A stretch of DNA of 32,000 nt from positions 3,690,001 through 3,722,000 of the forward strand of contig NC_017448.1 in assembly GCF_000146505.1 (NCBI RefSeq). The letters are read 5' to 3'. The translations under genes and the position numbers were made by a program. Positions 17,128 through 25,047 of the stretch are shown here, in pieces (the first letter of the stretch is position 1; every line of letters starts with the position of its first letter). The stretch comes from Fibrobacter succinogenes subsp. succinogenes S85. Lineage in GTDB: Bacteria > Fibrobacterota > Fibrobacteria > Fibrobacterales > Fibrobacteraceae. Under the pieces are notes generated by a model. It was not told the DNA's origin. It was given only the letters and a program-made list of their open reading frames with translations, and did no database searches.

Positions 17128-19125
17128 ATGATTCGTTGTTCTAGAATTTGCACCGTTGCATTCCTCTTTGCAGGCCTCTCGTTTGAGGCTGCTTTTGCCG
17201 CTGATTGGTATGCCAAGGAAACCCGTTGGGCGGGCCATGATCCCGACATTATCCGCTACGAGGATGGCTATGCGCTTGCGACAACGGATAATCACATGCT
17301 TATGCAGTTTTCCGAGGACGCGCTGAACTGGAAAAATGGCGACCCTGCCATGCCGGAATTCTCGAAGTGGCTTTACAAGTACGCGCCGAACATGATTGAC
17401 ATCTGGGCGCCGGATATTCATTATATCGGCGGGGAATACCGCATGTACTATTGCGGTTCCGAAATGGGCATCCGCTCGTCGGGTATGGGTTTCATGTCGA
17501 GTAAGGAAATCGACCCGACAAAGCCAGGCTACGGCTGGACGGACCAGGGCGAAGTGATTCACACGGTTAAGAGCGATTCGTACAACGCGATTGACGCGGC
17601 GGTGCTCAAAGATCTTGACGGAAAAGTCTGGATGGCGTTTGGTTCGTGGGGGACGGGTATCCACATTCTCGAACTGGACGAAAAAACGGGCAAGGTGAAA
17701 GATGGCGCAAAAATGCAGAATATCGCAAACCGCGGTGGCGCTGGCGTCGAAGGCGCAAGCCTCATTGAACACAACGGAAAGTACTTCCTCTTTACCGCTT
17801 GGGACAATTGCTGCAAAAAAGGCGCTGATCTCGAAAACAACTCTTACAAGACAACGGTCGGGCGTTCTAACCGCATTGATGGCGGCTATGTAGACCGCAG
17901 CGGCAAGGCTCTCTTGAATGGCGGTGGTACGATTCTCCTCAGCCGTTACGGACGCTACTACGGGCCCGCGGGCGGTGAAGCTTTCGAAGATGTGAACCGC
18001 CAACGCTTTGTGAACCACTATTACGACAAGAACGATGGCGGTAATTCTTACATACAAGTGCGCGATATCGTTTGGACCGAAGACAACTGGCCAGAACTGG
18101 GTCAACCGTTTATGGGGCGTTACCTGAGCGCCGAGGCTGAACACGGCATCCTCACGCATGTCGATATCTCGAGCAGTTCCAAGGCTTCGAACGGGGAATT
18201 CTGCGCTTACATCAATTATGACGATAGCAAGATTCGCTTGCCGATGATTATCCCGCAGGCGGGTGATTACCTTATTCGTTACCGTTACGACAACAACTGG
18301 ACCGAAGATGGCGCAAACGGCAGCTCGCATTTTGTGGACATCAACGGCAAAACGCAAGAAGTGCAGTTGCCGCTGACGGGCGCTTGGAGAGAGTTTCCCG
18401 AAAAGTCTGTCGTGTACATTCCGACAAAGCTTAAACGCGGATCAAACTTCATTGAAATCACGAAGGGTAAGCATTACGCAGAACTGGACCGTCTTGATTT
18501 CTTGCGCATCATCCGCGATACGATTCCGGCAAATGGCTTTGATAACGGCATCCGCGTGCGCCTCACTGATAAGGATGAATTTGCCATCAAGGACGGTGGC
18601 TATGCGATTTTCGAAAATGTGATTACCGACTCCATTGTTGGCGTAGGCGTAACCGTTCAGGTGAAAAACAGCGCTGGCGGCACTCTTTCTCTCCGCACCG
18701 AAAGTAAAAAAGGCGATGTGATTTCTAAATGCGAATTGCCCACTGCAGGCGATTCTAAGTGGACTGACGTGCAATGTTCGAACTTGCCGAAGCTCAAGGG
18801 CGTACAGGACTTTTACCTCACGGCGGAAGGCCTTGGTGGCGAAACTCTCGTCGGGAACATCAAGTTCGGGAAGGCGGCGGACTCAAGTTCAGTCGGACTT
18901 TACGACAATCCTCGCGTAGCTTCTGCGGCGCATTCTGGACTCAACATCACTTTTGATCGCGGTTCCCAAACGATTTATCTCTCGATGGATGCCCCTTGGT
19001 CGCTGTTTGACATGAACGGCGTTGTAATCAAGTCTGGTTTTGGTCGCGAAATTCATGCAAATGCTATGCCTCGTGGTTTGTATTTTATTCGTTCCGGCAA
19101 CCAAGGTCTGCGCTTTAGGCTGTAA
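17128..19125 (+). CDS. GH43 (arabinanase-like clade) + CBM35/6-like + CBM6-like + T9SS-type CTD; paralog of 14960..17044
   Basis: Same architecture and motifs as its paralog: GHDPDII, IWAPDIHY, YNAIDAAV and GVEGASLIEHNGKYFLF. RBS AAAGGAG lies upstream. The tail reads MPRGLYFIRSGNQGLRFRL. Confidence 0.88.
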   Translation: MIRCSRICTVAFLFAGLSFEAAFAADWYAKETRWAGHDPDIIRYEDGYALATTDNHMLMQFSEDALNWKNGDPAMPEFSKWLYKYAPNMIDIWAPDIHYIGGEYRMYYCGSEMGIRSSGMGFMSSKEIDPTKPGYGWTDQGEVIHTVKSDSYNAIDAAVLKDLDGKVWMAFGSWGTGIHILELDEKTGKVKDGAKMQNIANRGGAGVEGASLIEHNGKYFLFTAWDNCCKKGADLENNSYKTTVGRSNRIDGGYVDRSGKALLNGGGTILLSRYGRYYGPAGGEAFEDVNRQRFVNHYYDKNDGGNSYIQVRDIVWTEDNWPELGQPFMGRYLSAEAEHGILTHVDISSSSKASNGEFCAYINYDDSKIRLPMIIPQAGDYLIRYRYDNNWTEDGANGSSHFVDINGKTQEVQLPLTGAWREFPEKSVVYIPTKLKRGSNFIEITKGKHYAELDRLDFLRIIRDTIPANGFDNGIRVRLTDKDEFAIKDGGYAIFENVITDSIVGVGVTVQVKNSAGGTLSLRTESKKGDVISKCELPTAGDSKWTDVQCSNLPKLKGVQDFYLTAEGLGGETLVGNIKFGKAADSSSVGLYDNPRVASAAHSGLNITFDRGSQTIYLSMDAPWSLFDMNGVVIKSGFGREIHANAMPRGLYFIRSGNQGLRFRL

Positions 19126-19223
19126 TTTTCATAGAAAACTCTAGCTAGAATACGCTTTTTCCCAATTTTTAGTTTTGGTTGGGCTTAATTATACTTTTTG
19201 TATTCTTTTTGACGCAAAAATGA

Positions 19224-19231
19224 TATATTTG
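19224..19231 (+). promoter_or_regulatory. TATATTTG (TAnnTTTG-type -7 box) upstream of the FN3-repeat lipoprotein gene
   Basis: Exact copy of the octamer seen upstream of mdh, about 35 nt before ATG 19266. A TTTG at 19197-19200 could serve as a -33 element. Confidence 0.3.
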
Positions 19232-19265
19232 ATTGTAAAAGAAAATTTTCTAGTGGAGTTTTATC

Positions 19266-21665
19266 ATGAACATAAAATGGAAATTAAGTCTGGCGACCGC
19301 GTTCCTTTTTGCGTTGGGAGCTTGCTCAAGTTCGTCTTCGTCTGCCGCTGAAGATGATGATACTGAATATTCGTCGTCTGCAAAAGGGGAGTCTAATGGT
19401 GGCAAGTCTTCTTCTTCTACCTCTAGTGCTGCTTGTAAGTCCCTTACTGAAAAAAATTTAGCAACCCCTTCAAATTTGCAGGTAATCAAGAACGGTGAGA
19501 ACAAGTGGGTTCTTATTTGGGATTACTCCGCTAATGACGATCGTCCTGAAACAGGTTTTGTTGTTGAATCTCTTGACATGTCGGATTCGCTTCCCAAATG
19601 GAAGTCTGTAGGCTCAACCAACGCTGCTGTTGTAATGTACAACCTGGAGGGTGAATCCAAGTCCGGCAAGTACTATCGTGTGTCAGCCAAGGACGATTGT
19701 GGTGTTTCCAAAGCAACGGACATGGTTGAGATTGCGGCAACTGGTGCTAATGCCATTACAAATGCGGACCTTGCTACGCCCTCAAATCTCAAGCTCGAAA
19801 ATGTTGGTGACAACATGTGGCAACTTTCCTGGAGCTACACGAATAACGAAAATCGCCCCGAACAGGGATTTAAGCTTCAGAGTTTGAACCTCGATGACAA
19901 GAGCCCGAAGTGGTCTGACGATGGCACCACAAACAAGGGCGTTCATGTTGTAAAAATCGATGGAAACAAGAAAGGCGGTTTGCTTTTCCATGTTGCCGCT
20001 AAGGATGACAAGGGAATTTCCGAATATTCTGAAGAAATTACCATCCCTCGTGTAACTGATACCACGAGTTCTTCGAACAGTATGGATTTGGCTGTTCCGA
20101 CGAGTTTGAAGATTGATTCCATCGGCGTGAACAAGTATCAGCTTTCCTGGAGCTATACGGATAACAAGAATCGTCCAGAAAATGGCTTTAAATTGCAAAT
20201 ACTTGACGTGAACGCCAAGAGTCCAGCTTGGGCTGTTTTGGATTCTACGAATAAGAGCGTTCGTTTCTTCAATGTAGATGCAATCAAGCATGGCGGTAAG
20301 TACATTCGTGTCGCGGCCAAGGATTCTAAGGGATTATCGACATACTCTGATGAAATTCAAGTTCCTGATGCTGATACGACAAAGGTTGCAGGTGAGGAAC
20401 TTGACCTCGCGGTTCCGAAGAATCTTGTTCTTGATCCTTTGGGCAACGATGAATATAGGCTTTCTTGGGAGTACACCAATACTCCTAAGCGTCCGGCAAC
20501 GGGGTTTGTTCTCCAGAAACTCTACATTGCAAATGGAAAGAATTGGGAAGACGTTAAGGCCTCTGTGGGTAAAGACGTGCAGTTCTACAATCTTTCGGCC
20601 GAAGATTGCAATTATTACATTCGTATTGCCGCTAAGGATAGTAAGGGCTTAAGTGATTATTCTAATGTGATTGAAATCCCTAAGATCGGTGCAGAAGAAG
20701 GTGAAGAAGAAGTTGCTACTCCGCCGTCTGAACTTACGATTTCTCGTATTGCGCCGAGCGTTTGGGAACTCAGCTGGAACTATTCCGATGCTTCTGATGA
20801 CCCGAACAGAAAGTTCATCATCCAGACATCCAAGCTGAAGGACTTCAAGTGGACAGGTCTCAAGTCTCCTATTGATGGTAGCGTGCGCCGCTATTACATT
20901 CAGGGTCGCGATAAGATTGAAACCTACTACCGCATGGCCGTGGTCAATGGTAGTGATACGTCTGCCTTTACCGATGCAATCCAGCTGACTCCGGATATTT
21001 CTTACCGTGATTACATGGCTCTTGAAGTGCCTGTGCCGTCTGAAAAGTTTATTTTGGGCTATACGACTGCGTACGAAGCAGACCAGGATACTTCAACGAA
21101 GGACGATAAAACTTATATTAGCGCTTCGGCTACATATACAATCACGGAAAACTTTATCAGCAAGTATATTGTTGAATCGGAATACACGGATACCGTTTAT
21201 TACGAAGCCCGTTGGTTTACTTCTCTAGAAAATTTCAACTACTATAAGGGCTCTTGCGAAGGGAAGAAAACTTCTGATAAGTGCGATAGTTGCTATTGGA
21301 GCGAAACGTTCCCGTATCAGGAACCGTCCATTACGAAGCGTTTTGATGAATCAGATTTTGCTGACGAGGATAAAAAGACGACCATACTTGCTTCTTGCAA
21401 GAACCGTTCTGGTTATGACGCTGACGAACATTCCCTATTGTATAGTGCATCCACGTCGGCTGATAAATGGGAAGAAATCATGGCTCATGAAACTGGTATG
21501 TCAATGTGCATTCCTGACTATGTCCGTGGTATTTGCGGATACTATGTACAAATCCGTATTGTCTGGAAGGACATCAATGGAGAAACCGACTGGAGTGAAT
21601 GGACGCAGCCGTTTAATATTGCGGACATCTCTGGCGCGGATGATCTCTGCAGCCCGAGCAAATAA
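19266..21665 (+). CDS. lipoprotein with five FN3-like repeats and an uncharacterised Cys-containing C-terminal domain
   Basis: Lipobox FALGAC followed by poly-Ser. The five ~105-aa repeats each begin LA(T/V)P.NL and contain W.LSW.Y....RP..GF and YY/YIRVAAKD..G.S.YS. The C-terminal ~220 aa has no repeat and no family I recognise. Confidence 0.8.
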   Translation: MNIKWKLSLATAFLFALGACSSSSSSAAEDDDTEYSSSAKGESNGGKSSSSTSSAACKSLTEKNLATPSNLQVIKNGENKWVLIWDYSANDDRPETGFVVESLDMSDSLPKWKSVGSTNAAVVMYNLEGESKSGKYYRVSAKDDCGVSKATDMVEIAATGANAITNADLATPSNLKLENVGDNMWQLSWSYTNNENRPEQGFKLQSLNLDDKSPKWSDDGTTNKGVHVVKIDGNKKGGLLFHVAAKDDKGISEYSEEITIPRVTDTTSSSNSMDLAVPTSLKIDSIGVNKYQLSWSYTDNKNRPENGFKLQILDVNAKSPAWAVLDSTNKSVRFFNVDAIKHGGKYIRVAAKDSKGLSTYSDEIQVPDADTTKVAGEELDLAVPKNLVLDPLGNDEYRLSWEYTNTPKRPATGFVLQKLYIANGKNWEDVKASVGKDVQFYNLSAEDCNYYIRIAAKDSKGLSDYSNVIEIPKIGAEEGEEEVATPPSELTISRIAPSVWELSWNYSDASDDPNRKFIIQTSKLKDFKWTGLKSPIDGSVRRYYIQGRDKIETYYRMAVVNGSDTSAFTDAIQLTPDISYRDYMALEVPVPSEKFILGYTTAYEADQDTSTKDDKTYISASATYTITENFISKYIVESEYTDTVYYEARWFTSLENFNYYKGSCEGKKTSDKCDSCYWSETFPYQEPSITKRFDESDFADEDKKTTILASCKNRSGYDADEHSLLYSASTSADKWEEIMAHETGMSMCIPDYVRGICGYYVQIRIVWKDINGETDWSEWTQPFNIADISGADDLCSPSK
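19458..20990 (+). repeat. five tandem FN3-like coding repeats (period about 312-318 nt)
   Basis: Repeat starts fall at aa 65, 169, 275, 381 and 483 of the 799-aa product, counted by hand. Confidence 0.75.
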
Positions 21666-21690
21666 ATCATAACGGATAAAAATGTAAAAG

Positions 21691-21716
21691 GCACCGATGA
21701 AAAATCGGTGCTTTTG
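21691..21716. terminator. bidirectional rho-independent terminator between convergent genes
   Basis: Stem GCACCGAT, loop GAAAA, stem ATCGGTGC, then TTTTGTTG. An A-rich run upstream (GTAAAAG) serves the minus strand. Confidence 0.8.
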
Positions 21717-21754
21717 TTGTTTAGTTTTTTTTGAAAAATGCGTCGCTATAAACG

Positions 21755-22126
21755 TTATTTCAAAAATGCAAAGAACACAGCGGCGATAATGAACAAGAAC
21801 GCGACAATGTGATTCCACTGGAGCGTTTCCGTGTGGAACACCGTGACGGCAATCGTCGTGAACACCGTGAGAGAAATAGCTTCTTGGATGATTTTCAGCT
21901 GCATCAGGCTGAATGGCCCGCCGTTGATACGGCTCCCGATGTTGTTTGCGGGAATCATGAAACTGTACTCCAGGAGCGCGATGCCCCACGAAGCGAGAAT
22001 CACGAGAATCAGCGGCCAGTCGGTGCTGATGTGCATTTCTTTGAGTTTAAGGTTGCCGTACCAAGCGAACGTCATAAAGATGTTGGAACAGCAGAGAAGA
22101 AGAATTGTAAAAATACCAGCTTTCAT
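21755..22126 (-). CDS. DMT-superfamily small membrane protein (DUF486 family)
   Basis: 123 aa. NIFMTFAWYGNLKLKE, SWGIALLEYSFMIPANNIG and FSLMQLKIIQEAISLTVF match the pattern I recall for DUF486. Confidence 0.8.
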   Translation of the reverse strand: MKAGIFTILLLCCSNIFMTFAWYGNLKLKEMHISTDWPLILVILASWGIALLEYSFMIPANNIGSRINGGPFSLMQLKIIQEAISLTVFTTIAVTVFHTETLQWNHIVAFLFIIAAVFFAFLK

Positions 22127-22129
22127 AAT

Positions 22130-22696
22130 TTATTTCTTGTTTCTTTGACTATACGGTTTTCCTGTTGTCATTTGGTACGCTAAGCGTTTGCGCACTTCTT
22201 CGAGATACTTGATGTAATTTTCGCTTTGGTAGTCGCGATACGTCCAGTCAAAAGCGTGGAAATGCCCATCTTGGAAGTATAACGTCGGCTCAACGAAAAT
22301 CCCGCGCTGCATGTAAACGCGCTGGCGCTGGTCCTTGGTCGTTGCCAAAAAGAACTGCCCAAGCGTCATGTAGCCCGGATCAAGATTCACAGGGCGCAGT
22401 CCCGGAGTCCCGTTTTCCTTGGCGATTTCGAGTTCAATATCATTTGTCCAAAGCTTGATGTCCACAATCGTCTCGCGGTCAACGAGATTCTCGTAGCTGA
22501 AAAACGCGCGTACCGGCGCCTCGCCAATTTCTTCTTTGTAGTAGTTAGTGAACGTGAACGGAAACGGTTCCAAGTTCAGGTCTTCTTCGCCGAAACGCGA
22601 CTTGAGCACTCCGCGGACCGCTTCTACGGACTCGGCATCTTTCGCGAGAATGCCCACGATGATTTTCACTTTGGCAGGAGTTCTTATTTCACCCAT
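22130..22696 (-). CDS. DUF4416 family protein
   Basis: 188 aa. The pattern KVKIIVGIL...RFGEEDL...FTNYYKEEIG...IKLWTNDIE...VNLDPGYMTLGQFFLATTKD...WTYRDYQSENY fits recalled DUF4416 members. It lies 3 nt upstream of the DMT gene, so the two are probably an operon. Confidence 0.65.
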   Translation of the reverse strand: MGEIRTPAKVKIIVGILAKDAESVEAVRGVLKSRFGEEDLNLEPFPFTFTNYYKEEIGEAPVRAFFSYENLVDRETIVDIKLWTNDIELEIAKENGTPGLRPVNLDPGYMTLGQFFLATTKDQRQRVYMQRGIFVEPTLYFQDGHFHAFDWTYRDYQSENYIKYLEEVRKRLAYQMTTGKPYSQRNKK

Positions 22697-22732
22697 GCCG
22701 CAAATTTAGAAATATTTGTATTTTTTTGAAAT

Positions 22733-23575
22733 ATGAATTTCTCTCGTCTTTGGACTTTCGCTTCGCTCAAGTCCCAACCATTCGGCTCGGTCATGCCCAA
22801 CTTCGTTGGTCGCGACTCTCGCCTTAAATGGTTGTCGTCTCTCGTTTTTATTCTCTCGTCTCTCGTCTTTACTCTCTCGTCTGCTTACGCCGAGGCTCCC
22901 CGTGTTGTGCCGACAATCCTTGATTCTATTCCGCACGAACAGTCTCATTTTACGCAAGGCCTCTCGTTTGACGGCAAAGAAATGATTGAAACCACAGGGC
23001 TGTATGGAAAATCTGGACTGTACCGCCGTACGCTTGACGGAAAAATTCTGGATTCCGCCCGCATTGAGGAACGCTATTTTGGCGAAGGCTCCGTAGCGCT
23101 TGGCGACGAAATCTATTATCTCACCTGGAAATCGCATAAGGCCTTTATCTACTCGCGCAAACCGTTCAAAAAGAAGGGTGAATTCCGCATCCCGACCGAA
23201 GGCTGGGGCCTTACGCTCTGGCGTGACCAGCTTTTGATGAGCAACGGTTCCGATGAACTTTTGCAAATTGCACCGGGCGGCTTTGATGTGTCCGGAATTA
23301 TCAAGGTTCACGATGGCCGCTATTCCATAAAACTCTTGAACGAACTTGAAGTTGTCGGAAATATTTTGTACGCAAACATCTGGCAGACCGACCTGATTGC
23401 CGAAATTGAACTCCCGAGCGGCAAGGTGCTCCGCTACATTGACTTTTCGAAAAAAGCGGGGGAGATCCGCGAAAAATTCCCCGGTGTCGACGTCCTAAAC
23501 GGCATCGCCTACGACGGCAAAAACTTCTGGATTACCGGCAAGCTTTGGCCGCAAATCTACAAAGTCAAGTTTTAA
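22733..23575 (+). CDS. glutaminyl-peptide cyclotransferase (bacterial/plant beta-propeller type), secreted
   Basis: HFTQGLSFDGKEMIETTGLYGKSGLYRRTL, YFGEGSVALGDEIYYLTWKS, EGWGLT and LNELEVVGNILYANIW fit the glutamine cyclotransferase family. An alternative start at ATG 22793 gives a conventional signal peptide MPNFVGRDSRLKWLSSLVFILSSLVFTLSSAYA. Confidence 0.8.
   Translation: MNFSRLWTFASLKSQPFGSVMPNFVGRDSRLKWLSSLVFILSSLVFTLSSAYAEAPRVVPTILDSIPHEQSHFTQGLSFDGKEMIETTGLYGKSGLYRRTLDGKILDSARIEERYFGEGSVALGDEIYYLTWKSHKAFIYSRKPFKKKGEFRIPTEGWGLTLWRDQLLMSNGSDELLQIAPGGFDVSGIIKVHDGRYSIKLLNELEVVGNILYANIWQTDLIAEIELPSGKVLRYIDFSKKAGEIREKFPGVDVLNGIAYDGKNFWITGKLWPQIYKVKF
22742..22881 (+). repeat. dispersed TCTCGTC heptamers plus a CGCTTCGC hairpin motif inside the 5' end of the cyclase ORF
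   Basis: TCTCGTC occurs at 22742-48, 22854-60, 22861-67 and 22875-81, with a TCGTCTCTCGT variant at 22835-45. CGCTTCGC (22759-66) sits inside the hairpin GGACT...AGTCC. Confidence 0.8.
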
Positions 23576-23624
23576 AAGCCGCGCATTCGTAAAAAGAGCA
23601 ATTCTTCCATCTGCTATGGTTGAT

Positions 23625-24035
23625 TCAAGGCGACCGACTTTTATTTTCACGGAAAAACATCAAATAAGATGTCCCGAGCGCATCGGCTAACTTCTTTGAC
23701 ATGAGCATAGAAATGGGCCAGGCTCCTCGTTCAAGCGAATTATAATTCTGTTTTGCGAGACCAACTTTTTGTGCCAACTGCGCTTGCGTAAGTCCTGCGT
23801 TTATGCGCATTATTTTCAGCGTCTTGGCTGGATTTATATTTTTTTTCGCCTTCTTGTACCAATCCATTTCTTCCACAGGCTCGAGAACGTCATCGTCGTC
23901 TTCGATACGGACGGAATCGGGGAACAGCGCGTCCAAAAAGGCAATGACAGGTTTCGGAATATTCTTGCCCGAAACCTTGAACGACACCGGTTCATCAGTG
24001 TTCTGCATAGGGGGCGCTTCCACGACTGCCTGCAT
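23625..24035 (-). CDS. XRE-family helix-turn-helix antitoxin (HigA-like position)
   Basis: The C-terminal HTH reads MRINAGLTQAQLAQKVGLAKQNYNSLERG. It lies immediately downstream of, and overlaps, a RelE/ParE-like toxin ORF. Confidence 0.75.
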   Translation of the reverse strand: MQAVVEAPPMQNTDEPVSFKVSGKNIPKPVIAFLDALFPDSVRIEDDDDVLEPVEEMDWYKKAKKNINPAKTLKIMRINAGLTQAQLAQKVGLAKQNYNSLERGAWPISMLMSKKLADALGTSYLMFFRENKSRSP

Positions 24036-24270
24036 AAGTAACCTCCACAGTTATTCCTTTTTCCGTTTCTATCCAGCACGCCACCCATTTGTGGGAAAGG
24101 TGACAATGATGAGTAGACGTTCCTGCCAATATTCCGTAATTTGGCCAATTTGTTCTGACGGGGCCATTCATCCGTATGTCGTCAACAAGCAACGCTAGTT
24201 TTTCTTGCTGCTTTTGAGGCATTGCTGAGACAGCCCGAGAGACTCTTCTCGACATTAAAATAGTGTACAT
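23995..24270 (-). CDS. RelE/ParE-superfamily type II toxin (ParE-like/HigB-like arrangement, toxin first)
   Basis: 91 aa. The pattern NGPVRTNWPNYGILAGTSTHHCHLSHKWVACWIETEKGITVEVTYAGSRGSAPY matches the recalled ParE-like toxin family consensus (WPN...HCHL..WVACW....EV.Y.GSRE.APY). The true start may be the second ATG, at 24255. Confidence 0.7.
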   Translation of the reverse strand: MYTILMSRRVSRAVSAMPQKQQEKLALLVDDIRMNGPVRTNWPNYGILAGTSTHHCHLSHKWVACWIETEKGITVEVTYAGSRGSAPYAEH

Positions 24271-24274
24271 AATA

Positions 24275-24303
24275 AATATATATTACTTTTTATTACTTGT
24301 CAA
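24275..24303 (-). promoter_or_regulatory. sigma70-like promoter TTGACA-N17-TATATT upstream of the toxin-antitoxin pair
   Basis: The minus strand reads TTGACA (24303-24298), a 17-nt spacer, then TATATT (24280-24275). The -10 box ends only 4 nt before ATG 24270, which implies a near-leaderless mRNA or use of ATG 24255. Confidence 0.4.
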
Positions 24304-24823
24304 CCTCCGTATTAAAAAGGAACCAGTCGCAATTTGCAACCAGGTTCCATCAGCAAGTTTATGGGCTCCTCTTCACTTCCTTCATCATTAACTCCTTTGC
24401 GTTACAAGCGAAAAAACGCAAGATTACTACACCATTAAATATACATTCCCATTTTGTCACAAAGTGTCAAAATGAATTTTTCTTAAATTTGTTAAAATCT
24501 ACGGGAGTTTCCTGCTTGCAACGCAGAGGCGCTCCTTCCGGTATTGTGGGGTATGATTCCTAATGTAGGATTATCTTGAAATTTTCGCTGCAGAATACGT
24601 CGGCGATTGTATGATGGATGAGGATCGCAATCTTGTGTGCTTCTTCCCGAATGAGTCCCGCCTGAACCTTGCGCTCAATAACTACGAACGCTTGAGCTTC
24701 GTTGAAACCTCTCAGGGGTAACGGTTAATTTTATCCGCATTTTTGCAGAGAATTTTATAACGGCAACTTTTAGCGGAGTTGTCGTTTTTGTATATTGAGT
24801 TTGAATACGAATGAGAATTGTGA

Positions 24824-25012
24824 ATGAACAAGCAATCGATTGTAGAATGGATAAAAAAGAATGAAAGGCAGGCGAAAGTCTTTATTATAGGCTTTTATGG
24901 ATTTGTTATGCTTCTTTTGTATGCTTGTCATCCACCAGATTTTACTCCCGTGGACAATGAACGAGTGCTTGCTTATACGAAGGCTAATCAAAAAAAGGGA
25001 TTGGGTGCCTAA
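24824..25012 (+). CDS. small putative lipoprotein/membrane ORF, ends 12 nt after an A_AAA_AAG slippery site
   Basis: 62 aa with a charged n-region, hydrophobic core VFIIGFYGFVMLLLYA and a following Cys. It lies in an AT-rich region. I recognise no homology. Confidence 0.35.
   Translation: MNKQSIVEWIKKNERQAKVFIIGFYGFVMLLLYACHPPDFTPVDNERVLAYTKANQKKGLGA
24991..24997 (+). other. A_AAA_AAG heptamer in the zero-frame register of ORF 24824..25012; a -1 shift enters the frame of ORF 25048..25365
   Basis: Zero-frame codons are CAA AAA AAG GGA. The -1 frame is open from 24988 through 25365 and reads ...GIGCLIEGYELSKLEEPLVVPFLQVF... Confidence 0.5.
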
Positions 25013-25047
25013 TTGAAGGCTATGAACTTTCTAAATTAGAAGAACCT

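Noticed and set aside
13341-18357. Long minus-strand ORFs 13341..14144, 14220..15014, 14951..15922, 16151..16534 and 16981..18357.
   Set aside because: All are antisense to the three GH43 genes, whose products carry clear catalytic and CBM motifs. The antisense translations are Arg/His/Val-rich nonsense typical of shadow frames.
19250-19504. 84-aa minus-strand ORF overlapping the start of the FN3 lipoprotein gene.
   Set aside because: It is antisense to the Ser-rich N-terminal linker. There is no start context and no motifs.
22706-23311. 201-aa minus-strand ORF with an RRESKDERRENKNERR stretch.
   Set aside because: It is antisense to the glutaminyl cyclase gene. The charged stretch is simply the reverse translation of the TCTCGTC heptamer repeats.
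24297-24563. 88-aa plus-strand ORF upstream of the toxin gene.
   Set aside because: It has a TTG start and no RBS, and it overlaps the promoter-like region of the TA pair. Its composition is not coding-like and it has no recognisable motifs.
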